Below the pieces are notes generated by a model, which saw only the letters and a list, made by a program, of their open reading frames with translations, did no database searches and was not told the DNA's origin. This document shows, in pieces, positions 7,471 through 15,434 of a stretch of DNA of 64,000 nucleotides. A program made the translations under genes and the position numbers. The first letter of the stretch is position 1, and every line of letters starts with the position of its first letter. Origin of the DNA: an uncultured virus (IMG/VR IMGVR_UViG_3300033153_005459) (lineage: Duplodnaviria; Heunggongvirae; Uroviricota; Caudoviricetes); IMG/VR virus record IMGVR_UViG_3300033153_005459; one strand, 5' to 3'.

Positions 7471-7610
7471 GACAAGACCACACCACCGAAGCCTACTACT
7501 TCAGACAGGACGCTATCGTGGTCGCCGTCCCCTACAACCGCAGAACCACACGCCTACTAATCAACTACCCATACAAGATGCCCCTCAACTGGGAACTAGC
7601 CACACCATGA
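7467..7610 (+). CDS. NWE-tail array protein (NWELATP)
   Basis: ATGA overlap. Confidence 0.75.
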   Translation: MRQDHTTEAYYFRQDAIVVAVPYNRRTTRLLINYPYKMPLNWELATP

Positions 7611-7798
7611 ACGCAGACACCGTAGAAGAAGACTACTCATACCGCTGGGTCAGATGGAGCCACGCCTACGGCAGCGTAGCACTCGTAGCCATATGGCGAT
7701 GCGACGACTACTTCCCACACGGCAGAGTAGGCGTAAGGATCACCGAAGGCATCAACGCATCCGAAGCATGGTTCAACAACTGGGAACCAGCAACATGA
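7607..7798 (+). CDS. NWE-tail array protein (NWEPAT)
   Basis: ATGA overlap. Confidence 0.8.
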   Translation: MNADTVEEDYSYRWVRWSHAYGSVALVAIWRCDDYFPHGRVGVRITEGINASEAWFNNWEPAT

Positions 7799-7995
7799 TA
7801 GACGAAGGAAACGTAGGAGTAGACTACTCACGCCACTGGATACGATGGCGTTACGCATCAGGTCTAGTAGCACTCATAGCACTATGGTACGCCGACGACG
7901 ACTACTTCACCGTTCCCGTTCAGCTAGGCGTAAGCATCACCAATGGCCACGAAGACGTATACCTCACCAACTGGGAACCCGCATACACATGCTAG
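7795..7995 (+). CDS. NWE-tail array protein (NWEPAYTC), paralog of 7607-7798
   Basis: Shared DYS..W.RW..A.G.VAL.A.W..DDYF...GV.IT.G. Confidence 0.8.
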   Translation: MIDEGNVGVDYSRHWIRWRYASGLVALIALWYADDDYFTVPVQLGVSITNGHEDVYLTNWEPAYTC

Positions 7996-8165
7996 AATAC
8001 AGAGGCTTCGCATTCCAAGAACACGACCTATCAGAAGAAACCCCCACCGCAATCATATTCCTATGGCTACCTTCTTGGTCATCAACCAAAGAGCGATGCC
8101 CCTGGATCAACGGCGACAGAGCAGGCGAACCGCTACGGTTACGCAACTGGGAACCAGCATGGTAA
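7989..8165 (+). CDS. NWE-tail array protein (NWEPAW)
   Basis: ATG 7989; junction reads GCATGG. Confidence 0.75.
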   Translation: MLEYRGFAFQEHDLSEETPTAIIFLWLPSWSSTKERCPWINGDRAGEPLRLRNWEPAW

Positions 8166-8217
8166 ACCCTCAATGCCCCCCTGCTAGTTATACAAAATTA
8201 TTTGAAAGGAGCTACTG

Positions 8218-8460
8218 ATGGTGTTAACGTGGGGGACTCACTTGACGGCCGGTTACTTTCGTGCGTTCACGACTAATGAGCGAACACTGACGATGACTCA
8301 TGCAGAGACGGTGGCTGCACTGAAGAGGTATCCCTTTGCGTTGTCTTGGTATCAGGAGGTTGATGGGGAGGATGAGGGCGTGTATACTTTGAATTCGTTT
8401 CATCATGACGGCGACCATTGGGATCATCGTGAGATCGCACGGAATTGGATGTTGGCATGA
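8218..8460 (+). CDS. NWE-tail array protein (NWMLA)
   Basis: GAAAGGAG RBS; tail variant. Confidence 0.8.
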   Translation: MVLTWGTHLTAGYFRAFTTNERTLTMTHAETVAALKRYPFALSWYQEVDGEDEGVYTLNSFHHDGDHWDHREIARNWMLA

Positions 8461-8672
8461 ACTGGGATGATGCGCCTGAGACAATGAAGTGGACTTTGAA
8501 CTTCTCCTACGTTCCGTGGGATCGTCATATCTACATTTACGAACGCACCGAGTCTGCCTCATGGGATTTGATTTACTTCATGCGTCGTCAGTCTTGGGTT
8601 ATTCAGAGCGCCATCGACAAGTCGAATCAGATTGGTGAATATCAGCTTCCGAAGAATTGGGCACCTGCATGA
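8457..8672 (+). CDS. NWE-tail array protein (NWAPA)
   Basis: ATGA overlap at both ends. Confidence 0.8.
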   Translation: MNWDDAPETMKWTLNFSYVPWDRHIYIYERTESASWDLIYFMRRQSWVIQSAIDKSNQIGEYQLPKNWAPA

Positions 8673-9514
8673 ACAAGATCCGTGACCTGATAGATCGCAG
8701 ACCGACGCTCTCGTTTGAGTTCTTTCCACCGAAGACAGCCAAGGCTGTGGTGACTCTACGGGAGACTGTGGATCTTCTTGAGAACGCCGACCCTGATTTC
8801 GTGTCGGTCACCTACGGTGCCGGTGGTAGCACACGTGACGCCACCCGAGACACGGTGGTCGAATTCATCGAGGACCGAGACTTCCCAACGATGCCGCATC
8901 TTACTTGTGTCGGGCACAGCTACACTGAGGTCAAGGATCTGATCGACTACTACCAGGCCCACGGTGTGTGCAACATACTTGCGCTGGCTGGCGATGCACC
9001 CGACGACTATCATCCCGACCCCACCGACTTCCGTTACGCTATCGAACTCGTGGAGATGTTACAGTACCAATCCGATCTGTGTGTTGGTGTTGCCGCGTTT
9101 CCTGAGGTTCACCCTCGTTCCGAGAGTCGAGAGTCTGACCGGAGGCATCTTGCCGACAAGCTACGGATGGCTGATTTCGGCATCACGCAATTCTTCTTCG
9201 ACTGTGACGACTACTTCCGTATGGTCGATGAATTGCAGGCACTCGGCTGCGACACACCTATTCTTGCTGGTGTCATGCCTGTTGTCAACCCGATCGGTGT
9301 TCGACGTTTCGCTGAGATGAACGGGTCAGCGGTCGATGAAGCTCTATGGAATCGTATTGACGCAGCCAACCCTGACGAACGACTTCAAATAGCGGTCGAC
9401 ACGGCGGTCCATCAAATCTCCCGTCTCATCGACGGCGGCGCTCCCGGCGTGCATCTCTACACTCTCAATCAGTCCGCTGCGTCGATTCGGATATGTGAGC
9501 AGATACCCAGATGA
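8669..9514 (+). CDS. metF: 5,10-methylenetetrahydrofolate reductase (auxiliary metabolic gene)
   Basis: SFEFFPPKT, DFVSVTYGAGGS, HLTC, ILALAGD, FPEVHP, ITQFFFD, GVHLYTLN motifs. Confidence 0.95.
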   Translation: MNKIRDLIDRRPTLSFEFFPPKTAKAVVTLRETVDLLENADPDFVSVTYGAGGSTRDATRDTVVEFIEDRDFPTMPHLTCVGHSYTEVKDLIDYYQAHGVCNILALAGDAPDDYHPDPTDFRYAIELVEMLQYQSDLCVGVAAFPEVHPRSESRESDRRHLADKLRMADFGITQFFFDCDDYFRMVDELQALGCDTPILAGVMPVVNPIGVRRFAEMNGSAVDEALWNRIDAANPDERLQIAVDTAVHQISRLIDGGAPGVHLYTLNQSAASIRICEQIPR

Positions 9515-9723
9515 CCGTGAGACGCTCTGTAAGCCGCTCTGTTGAGCGCAGACGCTTAAGACGCCTAGCGACACGTGTAGCTGCCAAAGATGGCCTCAGC
9601 CCCGGTATAACGCCGCTTCCTTACCATGTGGACTATTGGGAAGCGAACATTGTCCGAGACGCTCTGACGCGACATTTAAACTGGGAAACAGTCAGGCGGT
9701 TAGACGCTCAACAGCGTCCTTGA
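9511..9723 (+). CDS. Small basic protein with NWET near its C-terminus
   Basis: ATGA overlap with metF. Confidence 0.55.
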   Translation: MTVRRSVSRSVERRRLRRLATRVAAKDGLSPGITPLPYHVDYWEANIVRDALTRHLNWETVRRLDAQQRP

Positions 9724-10354
9724 CCCCAGCCCAGTCGGTACGGATGATCCGTGACCACAATATGGCGGGATCGCCAGCACCTTCCATCGCTTTTGTCCAC
9801 GCGTCGGCATGAACGATAGGATCGTTCCACGGGCGAGAGTGACATACAGCGGGACGACCAGTACGAGCGAAGTCCACAACATTCTCGATACGATCTTCAA
9901 TACAGATATCGAGATCCAGCGATAGTTTGTACTCGTGGCCGAATCGTAGAGTCACAAGAGGCACAGCATACATGCTGAGCCAGCCCATCTTCTGAAGAGC
10001 GCAGTCGTGGAACGTTGAATCGCCGTAGCCCGATCCCCAAGGGTTCGTTACGACATGAATCTCGTTTCCTGCAAGATGTAGGGCGTCTACACCCTCCAGC
10101 GAACCCTCGATCACGTCCATTCCTAGCCAAACACCCTCGTCGGTAGCCGTCCTGACCGCCTTATCGAACTGTTTGAAGTCCAACTTCCAGTCTTCGCGGT
10201 ACATTGACCAGCAGGTTGACGGGTGTGTGGCGATATGTTCGACGTGTTCTTTGGAGAGTTCTAGTCGTTTTTCTCCATTTGCGACGATCCAGTCCTGCAT
10301 TCCACTGGCGAAATGTGTCAAAACCCCGTCCATATCTAACAAAATCTTGCTCAT
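9692..10354 (-). CDS. HAD-family 5'(3')-deoxyribonucleotidase (NT5C-like)
   Basis: N-terminal ILLDMDGVL, plus HVVT, K..WL, IEDR, RPWN. Confidence 0.8.
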   Translation of the reverse strand: MSKILLDMDGVLTHFASGMQDWIVANGEKRLELSKEHVEHIATHPSTCWSMYREDWKLDFKQFDKAVRTATDEGVWLGMDVIEGSLEGVDALHLAGNEIHVVTNPWGSGYGDSTFHDCALQKMGWLSMYAVPLVTLRFGHEYKLSLDLDICIEDRIENVVDFARTGRPAVCHSRPWNDPIVHADAWTKAMEGAGDPAILWSRIIRTDWAGVKDAVERLTA

Positions 10355-10376
10355 ATTAGCTCCAAATAGCTCTGGT

Positions 10377-10628
10377 TTAGCTTGTTTTTGTGGCTTTTAG
10401 CTCTAAAGCAACTTGAATTAGCTCACGTCCAACCTGTTCTGCGACCTCTGGAGTCATCAAAATGTTCGTTTTGCCCCTCTGGGAGCGTGTCGGAAGCTGA
10501 ATTACGAGCTGAATTTGGTCGCCACGGACTGCTTGAGTCGGTTCTGGCGACCGCCAGGCATCAATTCTGATGTCAGTTTGTGTATCGTCCTCGTCTAGGG
10601 TTCTCCAGCGGGGGCGATTGCGATCCAT
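10377..10628 (-). CDS. Hypothetical protein
   Basis: Co-oriented with neighbours in a minus-strand operon. Confidence 0.6.
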   Translation of the reverse strand: MDRNRPRWRTLDEDDTQTDIRIDAWRSPEPTQAVRGDQIQLVIQLPTRSQRGKTNILMTPEVAEQVGRELIQVALELKATKTS

Positions 10629-10653
10629 GTGACCACGTTAGCAGGTATTCGCG

Positions 10654-10878
10654 TCACCAATCTGGCGCAACTACGGAATTTCCTAGTTCCCAGTTCCGAA
10701 ACAGCTTGCTGGAGTCGACCATCACGGAACGATCTTCGAAATGCACCACTCCCCACCATGCGTTGTTAGGGTTTTGGTTCCAGAACATCCTAACCCCGTA
10801 TTCAAACGCTCCGAGGGTGACGATGCGGGCTGGACCACGGTTTTCGAACCATGCGAACAGCGGATACTCTTCCGTCAT
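10654..10878 (-). CDS. Dispersed NWE-tail protein (NWELG plus extension)
   Basis: ATGA overlap with 10875-11048. Confidence 0.7.
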   Translation of the reverse strand: MTEEYPLFAWFENRGPARIVTLGAFEYGVRMFWNQNPNNAWWGVVHFEDRSVMVDSSKLFRNWELGNSVVAPDW

Positions 10879-11048
10879 AGAGCTACTTCCCAATTACGCC
10901 ACGTAAGGAAGCGTGCTTCACCTTTGTCGTTGATTAAACCCGGTCTACGATTGCCATTATCTGCAATTTCGAACTTGAAGTCGTCTTCTGTCCATTCTAC
11001 GATACAGCCTCCAAGCAAAAGATGATCAATGTAGAAATTTACGGTCAT
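10875..11048 (-). CDS. Dispersed NWE-tail protein (NWEVAL)
   Basis: Hand translation MTVNFYIDHLLLGGCIVEW...TWRNWEVAL, 57 aa. Confidence 0.75.
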   Translation of the reverse strand: MTVNFYIDHLLLGGCIVEWTEDDFKFEIADNGNRRPGLINDKGEARFLTWRNWEVAL

Positions 11049-11054
11049 CTCAGT

Positions 11055-11083
11055 AGTTTACATGCAATCAATCAGTTTGTCAA
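11055..11083 (-). promoter_or_regulatory. Leaderless sigmaA-type promoter
   Basis: Minus strand TTGACA-N17-TAAACT-N6-ATG (11048). Confidence 0.75.
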
Positions 11084-11085
11084 CC

Positions 11086-11114
11086 TTGCCGACTGAGGTT
11101 TTATGTGGTACGCT
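11086..11114 (+). promoter_or_regulatory. Divergent sigmaA-type promoter
   Basis: TTGCCG-N17-TACGCT with TGn extension. Confidence 0.5.
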
Positions 11115-11144
11115 GAGTTATCGTTGGATCTTCCTTCCTTCGTC

Positions 11145-11351
11145 ATGCCTCGAAAGTATCACAACATGATTCTGAACCGAACCGCAAGTGGAAGATACGC
11201 TTTGAATCTCTTTGAACACTGGAACAAGGACGGTGATGAGTTCGTGGCTGAATTGTGCGTCTGGCCCAATGGAAGGATGTTGCTTTCCCGACCTGATGAT
11301 TTCTGGGATGCAACGCCGACTTTCATCCCTCCTAATTGGGAACCGATCTGA
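11145..11351 (+). CDS. Dispersed NWE-tail protein (NWEPI); start uncertain
   Basis: ORF track; tail motif. Confidence 0.7.
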   Translation: MPRKYHNMILNRTASGRYALNLFEHWNKDGDEFVAELCVWPNGRMLLSRPDDFWDATPTFIPPNWEPI

Positions 11352-11364
11352 TACACTAGACGGA

Positions 11365-11598
11365 ATGGGACGAAGAAAGAAGACCGACGCCGAGAAGAAC
11401 AAGACAGCAAAGGCTATTGATGCCAAGTTTGTTGGTGGCCCCAAGGACGGCACGACGTTGCAGATTATAAATCCTCCACCGGAGCATATTCGGCTGGTTG
11501 CGGGCGTGAAAGATTGGTGTACCTACGAGTGGGACACTAATCTTAGACTGTACCGTCATATCGGGGACGTGAGAATCAAGGAACTACATGAAACGTAA
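11365..11598 (+). CDS. Hypothetical phage protein
   Basis: FVGGPKDG motif typical of small phage proteins. Confidence 0.65.
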   Translation: MGRRKKTDAEKNKTAKAIDAKFVGGPKDGTTLQIINPPPEHIRLVAGVKDWCTYEWDTNLRLYRHIGDVRIKELHET

Positions 11599-12067
11599 AT
11601 GGCGGTGGCCGTTTCTGGTTGAACCGTACTATTACGTCTCTCCGCCATACACATACACCTACGCTCCAACGTTTGACCCCAAACCGCGTCCTGAACCGTG
11701 GCGCAAACACGAACTAGCAAAACGACAAGCGATTTACCTGTTGCCTGTGTCGTTCTGTGAGCTGCTTGCTGATGATCAGCAAGTCCACAACAACCGCAAG
11801 AAAACACCCAACAAGATAGCATGGTTACGGGAGTCCATTTCGGAAGAAGGCTTGAAACGGCCGTGTATTTTGGTCCTAGACTCCGTTGGCAACCTTCGTT
11901 ACCATGATGGGTACCATCGACTAACAGCGATTCAACAAATCGAAGATTTCACTCACATTCCGTGCATCCTGCAACACTCCACCGGCAGGATTCGTTCCTA
12001 TGGTCGACCCTTGCATCAAATCACCGAAATTATACTGGAGTTGGTATCTGCCGATAATAAGGCATGA
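11588..12067 (+). CDS. ParB/sulfiredoxin-like domain protein
   Basis: LRESISEEGLKRP...DGYHRLTA. Confidence 0.75.
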   Translation: MKRKWRWPFLVEPYYYVSPPYTYTYAPTFDPKPRPEPWRKHELAKRQAIYLLPVSFCELLADDQQVHNNRKKTPNKIAWLRESISEEGLKRPCILVLDSVGNLRYHDGYHRLTAIQQIEDFTHIPCILQHSTGRIRSYGRPLHQITEIILELVSADNKA

Positions 12068-12600
12068 AGCACCGCCTGTCTCCTGTCCTTGCAAGGGCAA
12101 TCAATCTTGAACAGTACGAAACTGTTCAGCTTGACGGAGACCTAGAGTTTTATGTGGCAGACTCTGTAGAGCATCGAAAAAGCGGGCTTGCGGGCCTAGC
12201 TGCATTGGACAAGGCGGGCATGATCTTCGTGTATGACGTGGACGTAAACCACGCTTTCACGATGTCAGCAATGGAGTTCGACCTCAATGTCGCTTTCTAC
12301 GACGCTGAGGGCACCTTGATCGTCACCAAGACCTGCATGGCGGGTTCTGGGGCTGTTCATGCTCCGAGGCCGTACAGGTACGTTGTGGAGGTTCCTACAG
12401 GGAACAGTCTTCCTTCTGATGTAAGCGCTTTGAAGAAGAAGAAGAAGAAGAAGAAGTCAGCTTACGCTCAAGAACTTGCGGTACACTACCATCAGGATCT
12501 AACCCATGATGGCATTCTGATTCATTCTCACGAAGTAGAAGTCCCTGATCACACACATCCAGGGTTTGGTGCAGGATACTTGGCTAAGGAGAGCATGTGA
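12064..12600 (+). CDS. DUF192-family protein with a poly-Lys tract
   Basis: VAD...R..GL...GMIFVY...M..M.FDL.VAFYD..G...YVVEV. Confidence 0.75.
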   Translation: MKHRLSPVLARAINLEQYETVQLDGDLEFYVADSVEHRKSGLAGLAALDKAGMIFVYDVDVNHAFTMSAMEFDLNVAFYDAEGTLIVTKTCMAGSGAVHAPRPYRYVVEVPTGNSLPSDVSALKKKKKKKKSAYAQELAVHYHQDLTHDGILIHSHEVEVPDHTHPGFGAGYLAKESM

Positions 12601-12645
12601 GTTCCTGCCTCATGTGATACCCGGAATGGGGTACAATGAAGAAGG

Positions 12646-12864
12646 ATGAGCGGAACGAGCAAGTATGACGATTACGACTTAGTGGGCTACGACCTGACGA
12701 TGATGTCAGAGTTGGCTAAAGAAGCCGGAATCAATGAAGGACTTGCGTTCTCTGAAGGTTATGTGGTAAGATTCTATTTCGTTAATCCTGAGGTGATGAG
12801 TGCCGGTCAACCGGTCCACGTTAAGGAATTGGTGAGACTCCCAGGATACTGGGAGTATACTTGA
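12646..12864 (+). CDS. Dispersed tail-variant protein (YWEYT)
   Basis: ORF track; ends TACTGGGAGTATACTTGA. Confidence 0.65.
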   Translation: MSGTSKYDDYDLVGYDLTMMSELAKEAGINEGLAFSEGYVVRFYFVNPEVMSAGQPVHVKELVRLPGYWEYT

Positions 12865-13037
12865 CACAGAAGGTGATTATTTCGATCTACTTCAATTTGG
12901 TTGAAACTTTTAGTTTGCAGCGACACACTGGAAGACCCCCCGGACGGATGCTTCTACGCATAGAACATCCTCAAACAGACGGGAAACGGAAAGTGTAGCA
13001 AAGCGCAAACGTTGATGATAGTGTAATTCATAGATTA

Positions 13038-13076
13038 GAAGAAGCCCTTACATCTTGTAGGGGTTTCTTCGCGTTT
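13038..13076 (+). terminator. Intrinsic terminator-like hairpin
   Basis: GAAGAAGCCCTTACA-TCT-TGTAGGGGTTTCTTC. Confidence 0.65.
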
Positions 13077-13080
13077 GGAG

Positions 13081-13110
13081 TTGACAAGCTTCATTGACGT
13101 GTGCTATGCT
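13081..13110 (+). promoter_or_regulatory. sigmaA-type promoter, near-identical to 21624-21653
   Basis: TTGACA-N18-TATGCT; GTG start at 13118. Confidence 0.75.
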
Positions 13111-13117
13111 GAGGTCC

Positions 13118-13333
13118 GTGGCCTATTTGCATGACAAGACGTATCATCTAGAGCAGCTAAGTCACGTGAACGCTACGATGGATCGTCTAGAAGCATCCCG
13201 TTACGCTCACGTTCGACAAGCACGTCTTGGCGGAGCCACTTGGCAGGAGATTGCTGATCAGCTTGGCATTACGCGTCAGGCTGCACATATACGATGGTCT
13301 AAAAGGATAAATGATGGCTCGCGAATTAACTGA
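13118..13333 (+). CDS. Small HTH DNA-binding protein
   Basis: ARLGGATWQEIADQLGITRQAAHIRW. Confidence 0.8.
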   Translation: MAYLHDKTYHLEQLSHVNATMDRLEASRYAHVRQARLGGATWQEIADQLGITRQAAHIRWSKRINDGSRIN

Positions 13334-13661
13334 AGCAACCGATTTCGAGAAGATGTCTGAGGCTTTGGACAGCATGGGTGACACCGGCGTGCAGTTGATG
13401 ATGGACTTCATGAACGAAGTTTGTACCCGGCTTTCCCGCATCGAAAGAGATCAGGAACGACAGATTCAAGCGATCAAGAATCTTGTGCCGTCCATTGGCG
13501 GGTCCCACCCAGACCGTATCACCACGGACGAGTTGTACCGAACAGGGAAAGGTCTTGGTGCCATCAAAGAAGACCATCGCGACGACATGTACAGGGAGAT
13601 CCTGGCCAAAATGGCTACTTACGAGCCTGATCCTAAGCTGATTCTTCACACCAACACCTAA
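13311..13661 (+). CDS. Hypothetical protein
   Basis: ORF in operon; AAGGA upstream. Confidence 0.65.
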   Translation: MMARELTEATDFEKMSEALDSMGDTGVQLMMDFMNEVCTRLSRIERDQERQIQAIKNLVPSIGGSHPDRITTDELYRTGKGLGAIKEDHRDDMYREILAKMATYEPDPKLILHTNT

Positions 13662-13897
13662 TGCGTTTGCCTGAGCGTCGTTGTACGCACGCTTACGGCA
13701 TGATCTACGAAGATGACTTCTGTGTCTGTAAGCACTGTGAACAGTCGTGGACGATGATGAAAGGCTGGAAACCGATCGTGAATGGTCGCATCTACGATCC
13801 AGAGTTCAAGCCGAAGAAAAGCTCATACAGGGTCAAACCAGCAAACGTCAAAGCAAAGGGAAGCGTGCGCAAGATCCAAAGGCGTAGACGAGCATGA
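13661..13897 (+). CDS. Hypothetical Cys-containing basic protein
   Basis: TAATG overlap; CxH...CxxC. Confidence 0.6.
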   Translation: MRLPERRCTHAYGMIYEDDFCVCKHCEQSWTMMKGWKPIVNGRIYDPEFKPKKSSYRVKPANVKAKGSVRKIQRRRRA

Positions 13898-14079
13898 CAA
13901 TCAAAGTAAAATACCATCACACAGTAGCGGTGTGGTCAGAGCCGAGTTGGACCTCGCCGGGCACTTTTCAGACGATATTGACAAGCTACTTTGACAAACC
14001 GTGGACGATCCTTTGTTACGATGCGGCTGGCGATTCTGACAGTATCGTCTGTCCAAGCAATTGGATAGTTGCAGCATGA
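13894..14079 (+). CDS. Dispersed tail-variant protein (NWIVAA)
   Basis: ATGA overlaps at both ends. Confidence 0.7.
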   Translation: MTIKVKYHHTVAVWSEPSWTSPGTFQTILTSYFDKPWTILCYDAAGDSDSIVCPSNWIVAA

Positions 14080-14345
14080 CAATCATTCAAGAAAAGTTCG
14101 ATCTCCGACGAGAATGGGGCGTTTCGTTCGATGAAACTATCAACGATGTTTTGGCCTTCACCATACACTGCTCTAGAGGCCCGGACGAAGCCGAAAATCT
14201 ACTGATGACCTGGATCGCAGCGAAAGACGACCACAGGTACGACACACTGTACAAAGCAATGCCGGGTCTGAAACCCGTCGATCCTGAAGAGTTGATGATT
14301 GCTGACCAATATACACTGTGGTCAAACTGGGAAGCGGCTTACTGA
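14076..14345 (+). CDS. Dispersed NWE-tail protein (NWEAAY)
   Basis: ATGA overlap; tail motif. Confidence 0.7.
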   Translation: MTIIQEKFDLRREWGVSFDETINDVLAFTIHCSRGPDEAENLLMTWIAAKDDHRYDTLYKAMPGLKPVDPEELMIADQYTLWSNWEAAY

Positions 14346-14348
14346 CCG

Positions 14349-15434
14349 CTACTTGGAGTCCTCTGCATAGATGGCTGTCGGGAATGTAATTCCCCTTTCT
14401 GGAGTAGTGATCCAGAACGCTTGACGAGGCGGCTCGTAAGCAAAGTTCATGTCGTAAGCGTACTCGTCGTAGCCCTTCAGTGATCCGTTCACAACGATCT
14501 CACTGCCAAATATTAGCTGATGGAAGTGACCCATGATCACATGATCAAAAGGACGGTCCAGAGAAGCGTTTCTCTGCTGCTTCTTCGCTGCGCCTCTCAT
14601 GATCGGAGAGTAGATGCCTGCGATACCGCTGCCTCCACGGAACTGATCACCGTGAGTCAACAGATACCGGGTGTTGTACGCTTTGAAAGCAAAGTCCGAA
14701 GCCGGGGAGATAGCAAACTCGACACGATCATCGTCAACAAAGTGATCCTGCAACCAGTGATAGATGATCCACGTGAACGCTTCTTGAGAAGACTGCTTAT
14801 GCTGTTTCTTCTTGCCGTAACGGTCGTGGTTGCCACGAACACACGGAATGAAGACTTGATCGAATTCGTCGGCCAAGTGAGCAATAGCGCCAGCCAATTG
14901 ACCAACCCAGTAGACAACTGAATCCGCAACTGGTCCTTCGTTGGTGTTAGCCAACTCTTCGTGAATGTCACCTGTGAGAATATCACCGCCGAGCATGAGG
15001 ATCATTCCCTCATAGTCGATGTTGTTGATGTAGTTCTTGGCCACGTCCACAGTACCGTCGATGACCTTAGTCAGACGACGTGTAGCTATCTCGCGGTTGT
15101 ACTCGTTGATGCCTTCCATAGCTCCGAGGTCCACGACTTCATCGAAGTGCAGATCCGAAAGCATGAGTGTAGGCTGACCCACATGAAACTTGCTGGGCTT
15201 CTTAGGTGAAACCCATTTCGGAATCTTCGGGTTGGAATCGGTAACGTCCTCAATGACACCGAGCAGTTTCTTGAGTTCGTCAAGCTCAAGGTTGCGACCT
15301 TCTTGCTCTCGTCTCAATCTGTCGATTTCTGCCTTGCGCGTATCTGCAACAGCAGTCTTCCGAGTGAGCAGCTTTTCTAGCCGTTCGATCTCGTCGTGCT
15401 GATCGTTTTCTTCAACTTCGTCACGTAGACTCAA
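14349..15434 (-). CDS. Calcineurin-like metallophosphoesterase
   Basis: SDLH, GGD..GDIH, GNHDR, LTHGD, GHFH motifs. Confidence 0.85.
   Translation of the reverse strand: MSLRDEVEENDQHDEIERLEKLLTRKTAVADTRKAEIDRLRREQEGRNLELDELKKLLGVIEDVTDSNPKIPKWVSPKKPSKFHVGQPTLMLSDLHFDEVVDLGAMEGINEYNREIATRRLTKVIDGTVDVAKNYINNIDYEGMILMLGGDILTGDIHEELANTNEGPVADSVVYWVGQLAGAIAHLADEFDQVFIPCVRGNHDRYGKKKQHKQSSQEAFTWIIYHWLQDHFVDDDRVEFAISPASDFAFKAYNTRYLLTHGDQFRGGSGIAGIYSPIMRGAAKKQQRNASLDRPFDHVIMGHFHQLIFGSEIVVNGSLKGYDEYAYDMNFAYEPPRQAFWITTPERGITFPTAIYAEDSK

Larger units (their letters stand above)
129..8672 (+). repeat. Tandem array of about 41 small ORFs joined by a repeated junction motif AAYTGGGARnnnRCATGA (peptide N-W-E-x-A/T-stop)
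   Basis: Motif recurs roughly every 150-260 nt at gene ends; mostly ATGA/GTGA stop-start overlaps. Confidence 0.95.

Noticed and set aside
129..8672. CRISPR array interpretation of the regularly spaced TGGGAGTGGGCATGA repeat
   Set aside because: The repeats are short and degenerate at codon third positions, the spacers are 150-450 nt open reading frames, and no cas genes are present.
129..8672. Integron cassette array
   Set aside because: There is no intergenic space or palindromic attC (RYYYAAC...GTTRRRY) between genes, and no integron integrase in the window.
129..8672. Diversity-generating retroelement
   Set aside because: No reverse transcriptase in the window, and paralog differences are not confined to adenines.
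129..8672. One long gene under TGA recoding or readthrough
   Set aside because: Successive ORFs change frame at ATGA overlaps, some end in TAA or TAG, and conserved genes (metF, nrdJ, terL) end normally at TGA.
129..8672. RiPP precursor array
   Set aside because: Not fully excluded, but no radical SAM, YcaO, lanthipeptide or dedicated peptidase genes are visible, and the bodies look like folded beta domains rather than short cores.
12865..13035. tRNA or other RNA gene in this gap
   Set aside because: No cloverleaf or T-loop consensus is visible; a weak 45-aa TTG-start ORF (12861-12998) fits but is too poorly supported to call.
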